Below, piece after piece: positions 20,241-29,515 of a stretch of 54,401 nucleotides of DNA. A model generated the notes under the pieces. The model saw nothing but the letters and a program-made list of their open reading frames with translations. It ran no database searches and was not told where the DNA came from. This stretch comes from Candidatus Iainarchaeum sp. (lineage in GTDB: Archaea > B1Sed10-29 > WALL01): assembly GCA_021162685.1 (NCBI GenBank), contig JAGGYF010000002.1, positions 1 through 54,401 on the forward strand, read 5' to 3'. The stretch's first letter is position 1. Each line of letters begins with the position of its first letter. A program made the translations under genes and the position numbers.

Positions 20241-20708
20241 ATGGACGAAGCAATGAAACAGCGCCTTGTTGATGTGGTAAAGGGGATGAACGCAAGAGGC
20301 ATGTCAAAGAGTGAGATAATGGATAATCTGAGGCAGATGGGCATACCAGATAGCGACATAGACGAGATCATAAAAGAGGCTCAACCAGAGGTCAATATTG
20401 CAGAGGTCCATGAGCATGCACTTGAAACAAGGAAGATGATTGAGAAAGGAGAGCATCTCAAACCCGTTGTTGAAACCCTTGGAAAACAGGAGGAGCATTT
20501 TGAAAGGCTGCACGCAACTGTTGGAGAGCTACATGAGAAGCACGAGGAGATGAAAGCCAGCATTGAGGAGATTAAAGAGATAAAGAAGGATATTGCTCAG
20601 ATTGAGGAGGAGCTTGCAGAGATAAAGCCCATGCTCGCAGCCATAAAACGTCTACAAGAGAACCTACTTGACATAAATAAAAAGATGCTCCTCAAATTCG
20701 GGTCATAG
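20241..20708 (+). CDS. Hypothetical coiled-coil protein
   Basis: GGTG RBS; short N-terminal helical domain (GMSKSEIMDNLRQMGIPDSDID) then a long coiled coil. Confidence 0.78.
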   Translation: MDEAMKQRLVDVVKGMNARGMSKSEIMDNLRQMGIPDSDIDEIIKEAQPEVNIAEVHEHALETRKMIEKGEHLKPVVETLGKQEEHFERLHATVGELHEKHEEMKASIEEIKEIKKDIAQIEEELAEIKPMLAAIKRLQENLLDINKKMLLKFGS

Positions 20709-21320
20709 CTCCTTATGCTCGTTCTTCCATCTCCAGAGGATTCCAATCATAATTATGATAATGCCCACAATAATCATTATGAGCGTGTTTCTATCAATTA
20801 GTGCTACTTCCTTCTCCATCTCGTATGCTATGGCATATCTTGTTCCATTCTCCTCTGACACCATTGCCTTAACAACAAATCTCTCGTTTTCAGCACCGCA
20901 ATTGTACAGTTCGTAGTACTCGTCTCCCTCCTTCTTTACGCAATTATCAAACAGTTTTCTTGGTGCCATAATAGTTATCTCAGAACCTGCTTTCCATGTG
21001 TATGTTCTGCATCTGTACCTATCATTTATGCCACTCAGTATTACATCGTTCCTATCAAAGGGCACATAAACAGAGCATTTTTCAAAGGATACATCTGATA
21101 GTAGTATGCCATCACCAATACATATCAGATCTTCAAGCCTTCCGAATTCATTTTGAATTCTTGGGCATTGCATAAAAGTATCCATTACTACACGCAGGGT
21201 GGCATTTCCTGGCTGGGGACATATTATATGGTCTGTGTATTTTTCGCATCCTGTTTCTGGGTCAATGCTAACAGCAGACACCAGTGATGCAAACAAAAGC
21301 ATTAACACAAACCATCTCAT
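20703..21320 (-). CDS. Secreted Cys-rich protein with a C-terminal membrane anchor
   Basis: Signal peptide MRWFVLMLLFASLVSA; eight Cys; C-terminal TM followed by RWK. Confidence 0.8.
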   Translation of the reverse strand: MRWFVLMLLFASLVSAVSIDPETGCEKYTDHIICPQPGNATLRVVMDTFMQCPRIQNEFGRLEDLICIGDGILLSDVSFEKCSVYVPFDRNDVILSGINDRYRCRTYTWKAGSEITIMAPRKLFDNCVKKEGDEYYELYNCGAENERFVVKAMVSEENGTRYAIAYEMEKEVALIDRNTLIMIIVGIIIIMIGILWRWKNEHKEL

Positions 21321-21324
21321 ACCA

Positions 21325-21903
21325 TCACTCTTTTTTCCATGGCTTATCTGTTATTGTTTTTGGAAGGGATTTTTTCAAGTCCTTCCATTTCTCGTCAGGC
21401 ACAACCTGCCAATAGCTCTTGGTTCCTTTATACCTGTATGGATATAAAAAGCTTCCCAGGCCTATTGGCAACCCTATAAATATGTGCTCAAGCAGACTTG
21501 TCCTTCCGTACGCACTGAATGGAAGGATGTTCCTTATGAAATCTGTTGTGTGTCTATTGAATGGAGCCTTTTTTGACCAGAACGCATATTCAACAGCAGC
21601 AGCAAATGGGTCAAATCCTGTCCCTCCTCTGAAATGCATGGGAGAACCCTGCATTGCTGCCATATATGTTGTCATATCCTCCTGCTTCCACATATCCTCT
21701 GGTGCTTGTATTAGTTTATGCCTTTTCTTTGGTGATGCTTGGGGTACTGCAATTCTGTGTTGTGGTACAGGTAATGATTTTATGTATGCCAAGAGGAGCA
21801 CAAGCAGCGCGCCAACAACACCTAGGAATATACCAAACTCAAAGTGAAAGAGATAACCAACTAATGCAAGTGCCATCACCATGAGGAAAAGTATGCCTTC
21901 CAT
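21325..21903 (-). CDS. Small membrane protein (N-terminal TM hairpin plus cytoplasmic tail)
   Basis: Two N-terminal TMs; abuts its neighbours in the cluster. Confidence 0.75.
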   Translation of the reverse strand: MEGILFLMVMALALVGYLFHFEFGIFLGVVGALLVLLLAYIKSLPVPQHRIAVPQASPKKRHKLIQAPEDMWKQEDMTTYMAAMQGSPMHFRGGTGFDPFAAAVEYAFWSKKAPFNRHTTDFIRNILPFSAYGRTSLLEHIFIGLPIGLGSFLYPYRYKGTKSYWQVVPDEKWKDLKKSLPKTITDKPWKKE

Positions 21904-22263
21904 CTAATCACTATGTAATGTTCTGTACCCTATCTTAGCAAAACTTGCCAGACCCATACCTGCCTTCTCAGCCCAATTCTTTGCGCTCCAGTTCGGCTTT
22001 ATCCTAATGTCCATTTTGGATGGTATCCTAAATGGTGGGCCCCTTGTGGTTTCAATAATAATCGGTTCAAGAACCTCTGCGCCTTTGACAGTTATGCCCC
22101 CTACACTCACTCCTCCCTTTACCTTCTTCTTTGTGCCTCCTGTGAGTATGTTTGCGAATACTGTAACAATGAGCAGGCCAATAGCAAGTGACCTATACCC
22201 AGCTAGGTAAACTGCTCCACATATCACCAGCATGATCAGGAACGTATCACTTTCAAACTTCAT
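21904..22263 (-). CDS. Small membrane protein, family B paralogue
   Basis: TM hairpin then EPIIIETTRGPPFRIPSKMDIRIKPNWSAKNWAEKA. Confidence 0.8.
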   Translation of the reverse strand: MKFESDTFLIMLVICGAVYLAGYRSLAIGLLIVTVFANILTGGTKKKVKGGVSVGGITVKGAEVLEPIIIETTRGPPFRIPSKMDIRIKPNWSAKNWAEKAGMGLASFAKIGYRTLHSD

Positions 22264-22649
22264 TTAAACAACTCTCCTTTGGGTTGTGGTGGCTGCCAAG
22301 TAAATGCATGATAGAATCCTCTCAATCCTCTACCCATAGCAGTTGCTGCCCACTCAAAATAGTTATTGGCTCTCCAATCTGGTTTAAGTTTTAGCCTGAA
22401 ATCTGGTGGATATAGGTACGGAGCTTCACCCACATCCTGAACAATTACTGGCGTGAGTATCTCCTCTTTTTCTGGAGCCCCCTGCGGTACAGGCTTCCTG
22501 CTTGGCAACCTAACTGATGAGAGTACCATGAGAAAACCAACAATCGCAATGAAAATTGAGAGCCATTGCATATCCAAATACAAGGAGAGGACTAACACTA
22601 CAAGCATCAGTGCGAATGGCTTTCCTTCTATGATGGGCTTCTCAGCCAT
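22260..22649 (-). CDS. Small membrane protein, family B paralogue
   Basis: TM hairpin then TPVIVQDVGEAPYLYPPDFRLKLKPDWRANNYFEWA. Confidence 0.8.
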   Translation of the reverse strand: MAEKPIIEGKPFALMLVVLVLSLYLDMQWLSIFIAIVGFLMVLSSVRLPSRKPVPQGAPEKEEILTPVIVQDVGEAPYLYPPDFRLKLKPDWRANNYFEWAATAMGRGLRGFYHAFTWQPPQPKGELFK

Positions 22650-22984
22650 TACCTATTCCTCCTCATAAGGTTTATCATACCAATAGTCCCCATTGCAACT
22701 GCTGCGAATGCATTCTCAAACCAGTTCTTTGTGTTCCACATTGGATTTACCCTGATTTTCATCAAACTTGGGTATATTGATGGAGGCCCTTCATATCTCC
22801 TCCTCACGATTATTGGTCTTATCTTTGGTTTGCCAGCACCACCTGTTGGAACTGCCTTCTCATTCCTTGCACCATACATGTATGCGAATAACAAAAACCC
22901 ACCGATCACAGCTAACCATAGCATATTCTTGTACAATCCTATGAACACGATCGCAAACAGCAACACAAGGGTGAATATCTCCAT
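22649..22984 (-). CDS. Small membrane protein, family B paralogue
   Basis: TM hairpin then RPIIVRRRYEGPPSIYPSLMKIRVNPMWNTKNWFENA; GGAGG RBS. Confidence 0.8.
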   Translation of the reverse strand: MEIFTLVLLFAIVFIGLYKNMLWLAVIGGFLLFAYMYGARNEKAVPTGGAGKPKIRPIIVRRRYEGPPSIYPSLMKIRVNPMWNTKNWFENAFAAVAMGTIGMINLMRRNR

Positions 22985-23271
22985 TAATACCCTCCCATCA
23001 ACATGCTTGGTGAGTATGATTCTGGACCTCTGCCTTCTTGTTTTATTATAAACACACCTATGATAATCACGGCAAGCAGGAACCAGAGCAATGGGGCTTT
23101 TGCGCCAAACATAGCACCAATAGCCAGCCCAACAATCACAATAACTAAAAGGCCCTTTGACCTAAGCCCCAAGACCAACAATACCATCAATGCTGCTGCA
23201 GCCCATGTTACTCCCTGATTTATTGAGATCATTATCATAATCAGGAACACTGCTAATGTGAATATATCCAT
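22984..23271 (-). CDS. Small, highly hydrophobic membrane protein
   Basis: AGGAGG RBS then MDIFTLAVFL (compare MEIFTLVLLF of the next gene); about four short TMs. Confidence 0.75.
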   Translation of the reverse strand: MDIFTLAVFLIMIMISINQGVTWAAAALMVLLVLGLRSKGLLVIVIVGLAIGAMFGAKAPLLWFLLAVIIIGVFIIKQEGRGPESYSPSMLMGGY

Positions 23272-23281
23272 GTACTGCCTC

Positions 23282-23518
23282 CTATAGCTTTCCTTCTGAC
23301 CACAATTTTTCAAATTGGTCAAAGAATGCATATCCGAAGAAGAATATCACAACAAACACCAATACTATAAAGTGCTGGTATATGGTGAGGTAAACAATGA
23401 TTATAGCCAAAAGGATACCTACCTTCCTGCTACCTGTTGTTCCTATCCCCCACTGTACCAAATACACAAAAACAAACAATATAGCAGCCAGTTGCAGGTC
23501 AGTCCACAGGTCTCCCAT
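23282..23518 (-). CDS. Small membrane protein, family A paralogue
   Basis: GGTGAGG RBS; LVQWGIGTTGSRKVGILLAIIIVYL. Confidence 0.75.
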   Translation of the reverse strand: MGDLWTDLQLAAILFVFVYLVQWGIGTTGSRKVGILLAIIIVYLTIYQHFIVLVFVVIFFFGYAFFDQFEKLWSEGKL

Positions 23519-23558
23519 TACCTCACCATTAATATTTTTTGCATATGTATTTATAAGG

Positions 23559-23924
23559 TTATTGCCCAATTGGCTTCATTGGGAATAGCATGCTCATCCA
23601 AATCACTATGTCAAGGATACCCAATACCAGCAGGAAATACAACACATATAGTCCTACTGTAAATTGTGGCAATAGGAAAACAAAGATATATATGAGAATT
23701 GCTGATATTGCCAGACTTAATGTTCCAGGACCAATGGTATTTCTCACCCAATTAAGTATTACAATAGATGCAGCGATCTGAAACAAAAGCATAAGCTCTG
23801 GGCTCACTGTGATTGCAAGCATGGGAATGCCCATTGCCAGCAAAATAACAACAACAAGAAATATTAGCGCAGGCCCTATTGGAACGGAAGGTAGAAGGAA
23901 CCATGGAAACAATCCCTTTTTCAT
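23559..23924 (-). CDS. Small membrane protein, family A paralogue
   Basis: ILNWVRNTIGPGTLSLAISAILIYIF; almost entirely hydrophobic. Confidence 0.75.
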   Translation of the reverse strand: MKKGLFPWFLLPSVPIGPALIFLVVVILLAMGIPMLAITVSPELMLLFQIAASIVILNWVRNTIGPGTLSLAISAILIYIFVFLLPQFTVGLYVLYFLLVLGILDIVIWMSMLFPMKPIGQ

Positions 23925-23926
23925 GC

Positions 23927-24298
23927 TCAAACACCTGGTGGCCTAACGTTTTGCATGTCCTGCATACCATCTGCTTCAGCAAATGCACCTGGGAATAGAT
24001 GTGATTTCGCAAATATGAATGTTACGATTAGCCCCAATGCACCATACATTGCAGCTAGGTAAACAATTGCCAATGGCCCAAATATTGGCCAGAACGGAAA
24101 TAATATCAGATAACCAACAAATAAGAGCACAATAGTAGCAATCAAACCAGAGCCCAAACGATTTCTTACCCATCCAACCAAAAACAAGAGCACAACAATC
24201 TTCAGTCCAATCATTATGTATCGACACTGTGGAACAAGCCCACAGAGCCCTCCGAACACATTGGATATATTCTGCATCATCTCAAGGATAAAGCCCAT
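23927..24298 (-). CDS. Small membrane protein, family A paralogue
   Basis: CGLVPQC...GLKIVV...LVGWVRNRLGSGLIATIVLLFVGYL. Start at ATG 24298, about 25 nt downstream of a TTTTTATA box. Confidence 0.72.
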   Translation of the reverse strand: MGFILEMMQNISNVFGGLCGLVPQCRYIMIGLKIVVLLFLVGWVRNRLGSGLIATIVLLFVGYLILFPFWPIFGPLAIVYLAAMYGALGLIVTFIFAKSHLFPGAFAEADGMQDMQNVRPPGV

Positions 24299-24394
24299 AT
24301 TAAAAAAGAGGGCGCGTGAATATAAAAAGCTTAGCATCACGCGAAAATGAATCCAATGGATAAGTATATATACTAGTTCTTGCAGAATATTTTC

Positions 24395-25159
24395 ATGCCA
24401 AAAAAAGCGCCTACTGCCCATGAGGTCATAAAGGAATTCGGAAAGCAATTTGGGGTTAATTACTATTCAAAAGCCGGTATCCCAAAAAAGAGGTACTGGG
24501 GAGAGAAAGGGAAGATACAGTTCATAAGAGATATACGGAAGGCCGTTGATCTAAAGCACCAGGAACTTGCGACAAAGAGGGAGGAATTACTGAAGACAAA
24601 GTGGGCTATAGAAGAAGCAATCAAAAAGGAACTGACAAGACTAAAAGAGAAGGGATTGCTTGATAAAGAAGCCGTCAATAAAATTCTAAAAGGCGAGATA
24701 ACACCAGAGACCCTCGAAGGGTTCCAAACCCTCTCCGAGTTTGATACGCTACTTGAGATGAAGGAGGATTTGCAGAATCATCTCTCTGAAATGGAGGATG
24801 TGAAAAGAGAATGGGAAGACTTCAAGCCAAGGTTACATTTCGCTCGCGCGATTTACAGTATTGCTCGGAAATCAGAGTGGTTGGCCAGTGCAGAAGAACT
24901 TAGGCTAAAGGCAGCTATACTGGAGACCAAAGTGAGAGGTCAACGCGCACGAAAGAAAAGGAGACTAAGCGAACTTCTTACAGAGATTTATCATTATGGT
25001 GGAACAACCCCTGAGGTTCCAGACATCAAAGGGAAAGAGAGAAGAGAGTTAATGAAGGAGTTAGATGAAGCACTCGGCGAAGAGTCAGACCCAGAAAAAG
25101 TGATGGAGTCTTTCCTACAAGTGTGGAAAGAAAGAGAGAAAGCCAGAGAACGAGTGTAA
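24395..25159 (+). CDS. Hypothetical charged helical protein
   Basis: 254-aa ORF from ATG 24395; Glu/Lys/Arg-rich; no recognised motif. Confidence 0.7.
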   Translation: MPKKAPTAHEVIKEFGKQFGVNYYSKAGIPKKRYWGEKGKIQFIRDIRKAVDLKHQELATKREELLKTKWAIEEAIKKELTRLKEKGLLDKEAVNKILKGEITPETLEGFQTLSEFDTLLEMKEDLQNHLSEMEDVKREWEDFKPRLHFARAIYSIARKSEWLASAEELRLKAAILETKVRGQRARKKRRLSELLTEIYHYGGTTPEVPDIKGKERRELMKELDEALGEESDPEKVMESFLQVWKEREKARERV

Positions 25160-25163
25160 CCTA

Positions 25164-25262
25164 CTAGCATTCCATTATTAAAACCATACTATAATCATCC
25201 AGCATTTTCACAGTTTCTGTTATTGTTTTGCATCCCTTCTTTTTTGCGACCCCCTTTGGTAT
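25164..25262 (-). repeat. Left direct repeat: degenerate copy of the 3' end of gene 32054..32458
   Basis: 25166-25249 matches 32056-32139 at 78/84 nt; after a 15-nt gap CCCCCTTTGGTAT matches again. Encodes IPKGVAKKKGCKTITETVKMLDDYSMVLIMEC*. Confidence 0.9.
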
Positions 25263-25291
25263 GCTCTTCAATCTTTTTTGTTTCAAACAAA

Positions 25292-26577
25292 TTATACTTC
25301 TTCTAACAACCACTTCCACAACGGCACGAATCGTATCTTCTTTCCCTTGATTGTTTCTTCTTTTTCTTTGTCTGCTGTTATCACCAAGCCCTGTTTCAGC
25401 TTGGTTGCTTCAAGCGCTTCCAGAAGACCTCTAATCTCCCTGTTTTCGGTTCTCTCATTTAGTTCAGCGCAGACCTGGATTGCCCCAACTGGCTTGTTTC
25501 TTTCCATGATTACAAAGTCACACTCGTTGTTATCTTTCCAGTAATAAACCTCTTTCCCCCTCCGCTTCAATTCTACCAGCACAATGTTTTCGTAGAAGTG
25601 GCCAATGTTTTTTGAGAACTGGAACGCAACAGCAGTAGCAAACCCGTTGTCAGACAAGTAAGCTTTTTTGGGATTCACTAATTGCTCCTTGAGCGAAAAA
25701 GAAAACTTGGGCACCAAAAAAACATAAAAAACGTCCTCCAAATAGCCTAAATACTCCAAGATAGTGTTCTTGCTTATTTTTAGATCCCTGGAGCTGAGCA
25801 ACTTGTAATATGCATGCGCTGAAAACAGCCTTCCAAAGTTTGTTGTGAGGTAATGCATCAGGTCTTTGATTATTCTGGTGTTTCTGATCCTGTATCTCTC
25901 CACCAAATCCTTGTAAAACAGCACGTCAAAATACTCCTGGAGCATTCGTATTTTGATATCTTCTTTTTTGTTCACAGTCTCTGGGAAGCCACCGAACCTC
26001 AAGTACTCGTTGAAAAGCTTTTTTACTTTGAACCTCCCTTTTCCATACTCTATGTTCTTTTTCAGCTCTATTCCGTGCGCAGTCAAAAACTCTTTGAAAG
26101 AAAAAGGGAAAATCCTATAAGTCAGGATTCTCCCCCTTAACTGCGTTGCTATTTCTTTACTCATCAATTTTGAAGAAGACCTGTCAAGCACAGCTCTACG
26201 TTTTCTGACTCATGGACTCTCCTTACAAACTTTTGCCACAAAGGAACCTCTTGAATCTCATCAAAGAAAACGTAAATCTTTTTGCCTTTGTTTTCGGGAT
26301 ACAATTCATAATAAGCCTCGGATATTTTGTCTAGGTCCTCTTTTTTAATCGGCCAGAGCCTCTCATCCTCAAAATTAATGTAAAGGATTTTGTCAGCAAG
26401 GCCTCTGGAGCAGAGGTCATTTATCGTCTGGTACAAAAAATAGGTCTTGCCCGCGCGCCTAGGGCCTACAATAACATTAATCTTTCCGACAAAGTCAAGT
26501 TCTAAATCCCTCCTGACAAGCTCTACCTCTCTCTCCTGCGCTTCTACTATCAGCTTCTTGAGGACCTCCTTTTCCAT
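25292..26577 (-). pseudogene. AAA_14/DUF4143-type ATPase split by a 1-nt frameshift
   Basis: 5' part has VGPRRAGKT, YINFEDER and FFDEIQ; the frame shifts at ...TTG ACA GG^TCT TCT TCA AAA TTG (~26180), where TGSSSKL is expected; 3' part has LRGR, GGFPE, NPKKAYLSDNG, YEN and ECDFV. Confidence 0.85.
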
Positions 26578-27016
26578 GTCCTTGTATACAGGGATACTTA
26601 TACATAATTCTTTCCCTCTATGGATGGTCAATCAATCGCCAGGTTCCCCGGCGTTTTCCTTCGGAAACTCGCCAGGTACTCAAACATCCATAAATAGTTT
26701 GGTGTGGAATTCACTAGCCTGCTTAGGGAGTATCAATGCAGGTAGAACTCTTTGGGTGTGGGTACCCTTTCTCGCCCGTGCTTGCAGATGTTTATGAGGC
26801 TATCTTCCACCATCTTGAAGAGCTCCTTGTGAAGCATTGTTGCCTAGCCTGCTTTTTCGGCGCGGTCAGCGAACTCCTCCATTTTGTCATAACATTCCTT
26901 GAGCAATTTGTCTCTTCTGTGGCAGCGCCTGACGCTGCACTACATGGCGAACTGGATAGGGTTTGGACATATGGTGTTTTTATGGTCCTTTACATTAAAA
27001 ATGGTGAGGGATTCAA

Positions 27017-27472
27017 ATGGGTAAGAAGACAATAATTTTCGATGTTGTGTATCTTGGTCAGTGCGGCTGTGGCTACGGCAGAAAGATTACTAGAAAGATT
27101 GAAGTTAAGGAAAGCCAAACACTTGACGACTTACATGACGCGATAATCAACAAATCATTTAAGTGGACGGATATCCACCTGTACTCGTTTTTCATGGATG
27201 GAAAAGCATGGAGTGACAATAGAGATATGGAATACACCAGACTGGTTCCAGAAGAGAACCTTGAGTACGATTCAAGAACAGCAGACGTGTGCATTAGGGA
27301 GTTGAATCTTAGGCAAAGACAAAAGTTTTTTTATATCTATGACTTTGGTGACGACCACCAGTTTAGGATAAAAGTTGCTGGGTTCGGTAAAGTGCAAAAA
27401 GGAAAAGAATACCCTTTGATTCTTGAAGAAGAAGGTGAAGCTCCAGAGCAATATCCTCCACCCGGGGAGTAG
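27017..27472 (+). CDS. Plasmid pRiA4b ORF-3 family protein
   Basis: TLDDLHDAII...W.DIHLYSF...YIYDFGDDHQFRI signature. Confidence 0.82.
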   Translation: MGKKTIIFDVVYLGQCGCGYGRKITRKIEVKESQTLDDLHDAIINKSFKWTDIHLYSFFMDGKAWSDNRDMEYTRLVPEENLEYDSRTADVCIRELNLRQRQKFFYIYDFGDDHQFRIKVAGFGKVQKGKEYPLILEEEGEAPEQYPPPGE

Positions 27473-27578
27473 GTAACACAATAAGTTGGGAGTGACCTGC
27501 TCGTACGGCTACAGAGCCTGCGCCCCCAGAATAGGACACACAGGTCGTTTCCTCGGAAATTTGCGGAAATGATAAGCT

Positions 27579-28001
27579 TTATTTTTTAAGCAGTTTTTCT
27601 ACTAATTCTATGAAATCTTCTGCAAACTCCACGAGGTTCCTGGCTTCTTTGATTGTTGGGAAATAATCTCCACTGTACATGACTTTATGTCTTCTTATTC
27701 TATACTGGTCCAGTAAATGAATGTAAGATGAATCTATGCTGGGGTATTTTACTTCAAGGTATCTAGCAACGCAAGCATGACTTTTTTCTATATACCCATC
27801 CCTGAAAAGCACTGCCCTAGCAGCATCAAACATTGCAGCATAGCCGCCGATTATAGCATTATTTGGCCTGTTGTCCTTGACGTCTCCCTTAGCTTCTTCA
27901 AGCAAAGCCCTTGCCTTATTCAGCTGTTCCTCTGCTTGTCTTGGAGAAGGTGCAATTCTCTTTATTAGGCCTTCCTCTTCGCATTCCTTTAATGAAATCA
28001 A
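27579..28001 (-). CDS. HEPN domain protein
   Basis: YAAMFDAARAVL...KSHAC...RRHKVMY; overlaps the upstream MNT stop. Confidence 0.85.
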   Translation of the reverse strand: MISLKECEEEGLIKRIAPSPRQAEEQLNKARALLEEAKGDVKDNRPNNAIIGGYAAMFDAARAVLFRDGYIEKSHACVARYLEVKYPSIDSSYIHLLDQYRIRRHKVMYSGDYFPTIKEARNLVEFAEDFIELVEKLLKK

Positions 28002-28540
28002 AGCGATTCACCCCAAATCGTTATAGAGTTAAACAATGAGTAGTATAACGACTCTACGTTTTTTCTTAGGTGCTCCATCCTCTCTGGAGTTGCTACTAGG
28101 ACTTCAACTGAAACTTCCATCCTCTTGCTGAGTTCTTTATTTATTTTAGCAAGATCTAAATCACTCAAGTCTTTATCAATTTTAATCCACAAGTCCAAAT
28201 CAGAACCTTTTCTGTTGGTTCCATTAGCCCAACTTCCGTAAACTCCAACGCCTCGCACTCTTGGAAACTTTTTTCTAATTCGTTTGATAATTTGGGATTT
28301 CTTTATCTTACTCAAGTTTTTGACAACTCTCAGTGATCTTGTTATTGCGTTATCAACTAACTTCTTGTTCTTGAACAATCCCTCTTTTTTGAGAATCCCT
28401 AAATAGTGGTGTACCTGGCTCGGGCTTACCCCTAGTTTCCTGGCAAGAGCGTTCATGTTTATTTCTTCATTTGGATTATCCAGGAGATAGTCCAAAATCA
28501 ACTCCCTTTCTTTCGTGGAGAACAAAGGCTGCATATTCAT
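27998..28540 (-). CDS. HTH plus minimal nucleotidyltransferase (MNT) antitoxin
   Basis: N-terminal HTH (NALARKLGVSPSQVHHYL); VYGSWANG...SDLDL. Confidence 0.88.
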   Translation of the reverse strand: MNMQPLFSTKERELILDYLLDNPNEEINMNALARKLGVSPSQVHHYLGILKKEGLFKNKKLVDNAITRSLRVVKNLSKIKKSQIIKRIRKKFPRVRGVGVYGSWANGTNRKGSDLDLWIKIDKDLSDLDLAKINKELSKRMEVSVEVLVATPERMEHLRKNVESLYYSLFNSITIWGESL

Positions 28541-28555
28541 ATAACATGAATATGC
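28531..28555. promoter_or_regulatory. Palindromic operator overlapping the MNT start codon
   Basis: Perfect 10-bp inverted repeat GCATATTCAT-ataac-ATGAATATGC next to a TATA-like TATATAAA. Confidence 0.65.
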
Positions 28556-28563
28556 TATTCATA

Positions 28564-29493
28564 CTATATAAATGTTTTGTTCATATAACATAAATTCTGG
28601 CGCATTGCATAAAGCAAATAAACAATAATCCCGCAGGAGTAATCACCCCATCTCTTCAAAAGTTTCCTAACTGTTTTAGGGTCTTGTCTTTTGCCGTCAA
28701 AATAGTACATTGAAACAGCGTTTCTCACCCCTAAGTCATCAGCAGGCACATAGTCTGGTCTGTTCATGCCGGCAGCTAGAACGAGCTCAGCGGTCCATCT
28801 TCCTATGCCCCTGAACTTTGTAAGTGCTTCGACAACTTCCTGTGACTCCATTTTCCACAAAGCTTCAGGATCGAACTCATTGCTTGCAACCGCTCTAGAA
28901 AAATCTTTAATATATTCTGCTTTTCTTGTACTAAGTTTGCATGACTTCAATTGTTTTATGGATGTAGTTGCTAGTCTTTGAGGTGTAGGAAACGCCCAAT
29001 AGGTTTCCCATTCTAAGTCTATTCTCTCACCGAAACTTTTAACAAGCAGGGAGGTCATATGGGCAGCGACTTGCAGTGAGATCTGTTGTTGGACAATCGC
29101 ATTAACAATTACCTCAAACAAGTTAGAGCTCATTGCAGGCACTCGGAAACCATAAAACCTCTGCGCTATCTTCTTTAATTTGGGATCTCTGCCCATAAAC
29201 TCATACAAGCTGTTTAGGTCATAATCTAGGTTAAAGAAGTGTGCGAGCTCTTTCTTCAGACGAGTTTTAGGAGCAGAGTTAGACGTTGTAACGCACAACT
29301 TTGGCTTTTCAATTGTTCCTATACTCTCAACGCGGACAGGATAAATTACGCCATTAAACCTGAACGCTTGCATGAATTGCTTGTTCCTCCATACGTAGGG
29401 CATTGGCGCATAATTTTCTTTAGCAATGAATTGCATGCTTACCTCAAAACTGTATGGGGCTTTTGGTTGCATGAAGAAGTTCATCCTGATCAC
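28564..29493 (-). CDS. alkA: DNA-3-methyladenine glycosylase (AlkA-like, HhH-GPD)
   Basis: AIVQQQIS, FPTPQRL, LTKFRGIGRWTAE (HhH), PADDLG. Confidence 0.88.
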   Translation of the reverse strand: MIRMNFFMQPKAPYSFEVSMQFIAKENYAPMPYVWRNKQFMQAFRFNGVIYPVRVESIGTIEKPKLCVTTSNSAPKTRLKKELAHFFNLDYDLNSLYEFMGRDPKLKKIAQRFYGFRVPAMSSNLFEVIVNAIVQQQISLQVAAHMTSLLVKSFGERIDLEWETYWAFPTPQRLATTSIKQLKSCKLSTRKAEYIKDFSRAVASNEFDPEALWKMESQEVVEALTKFRGIGRWTAELVLAAGMNRPDYVPADDLGVRNAVSMYYFDGKRQDPKTVRKLLKRWGDYSCGIIVYLLYAMRQNLCYMNKTFI

Positions 29494-29515
29494 TTACTCT
29501 CCATTCTTTTTCATT

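Noticed and set aside
26736-27035. 99-aa plus-strand ORF in the island
   Set aside because: No motif or RBS; its composition looks like the antisense of a decayed minus-strand gene.
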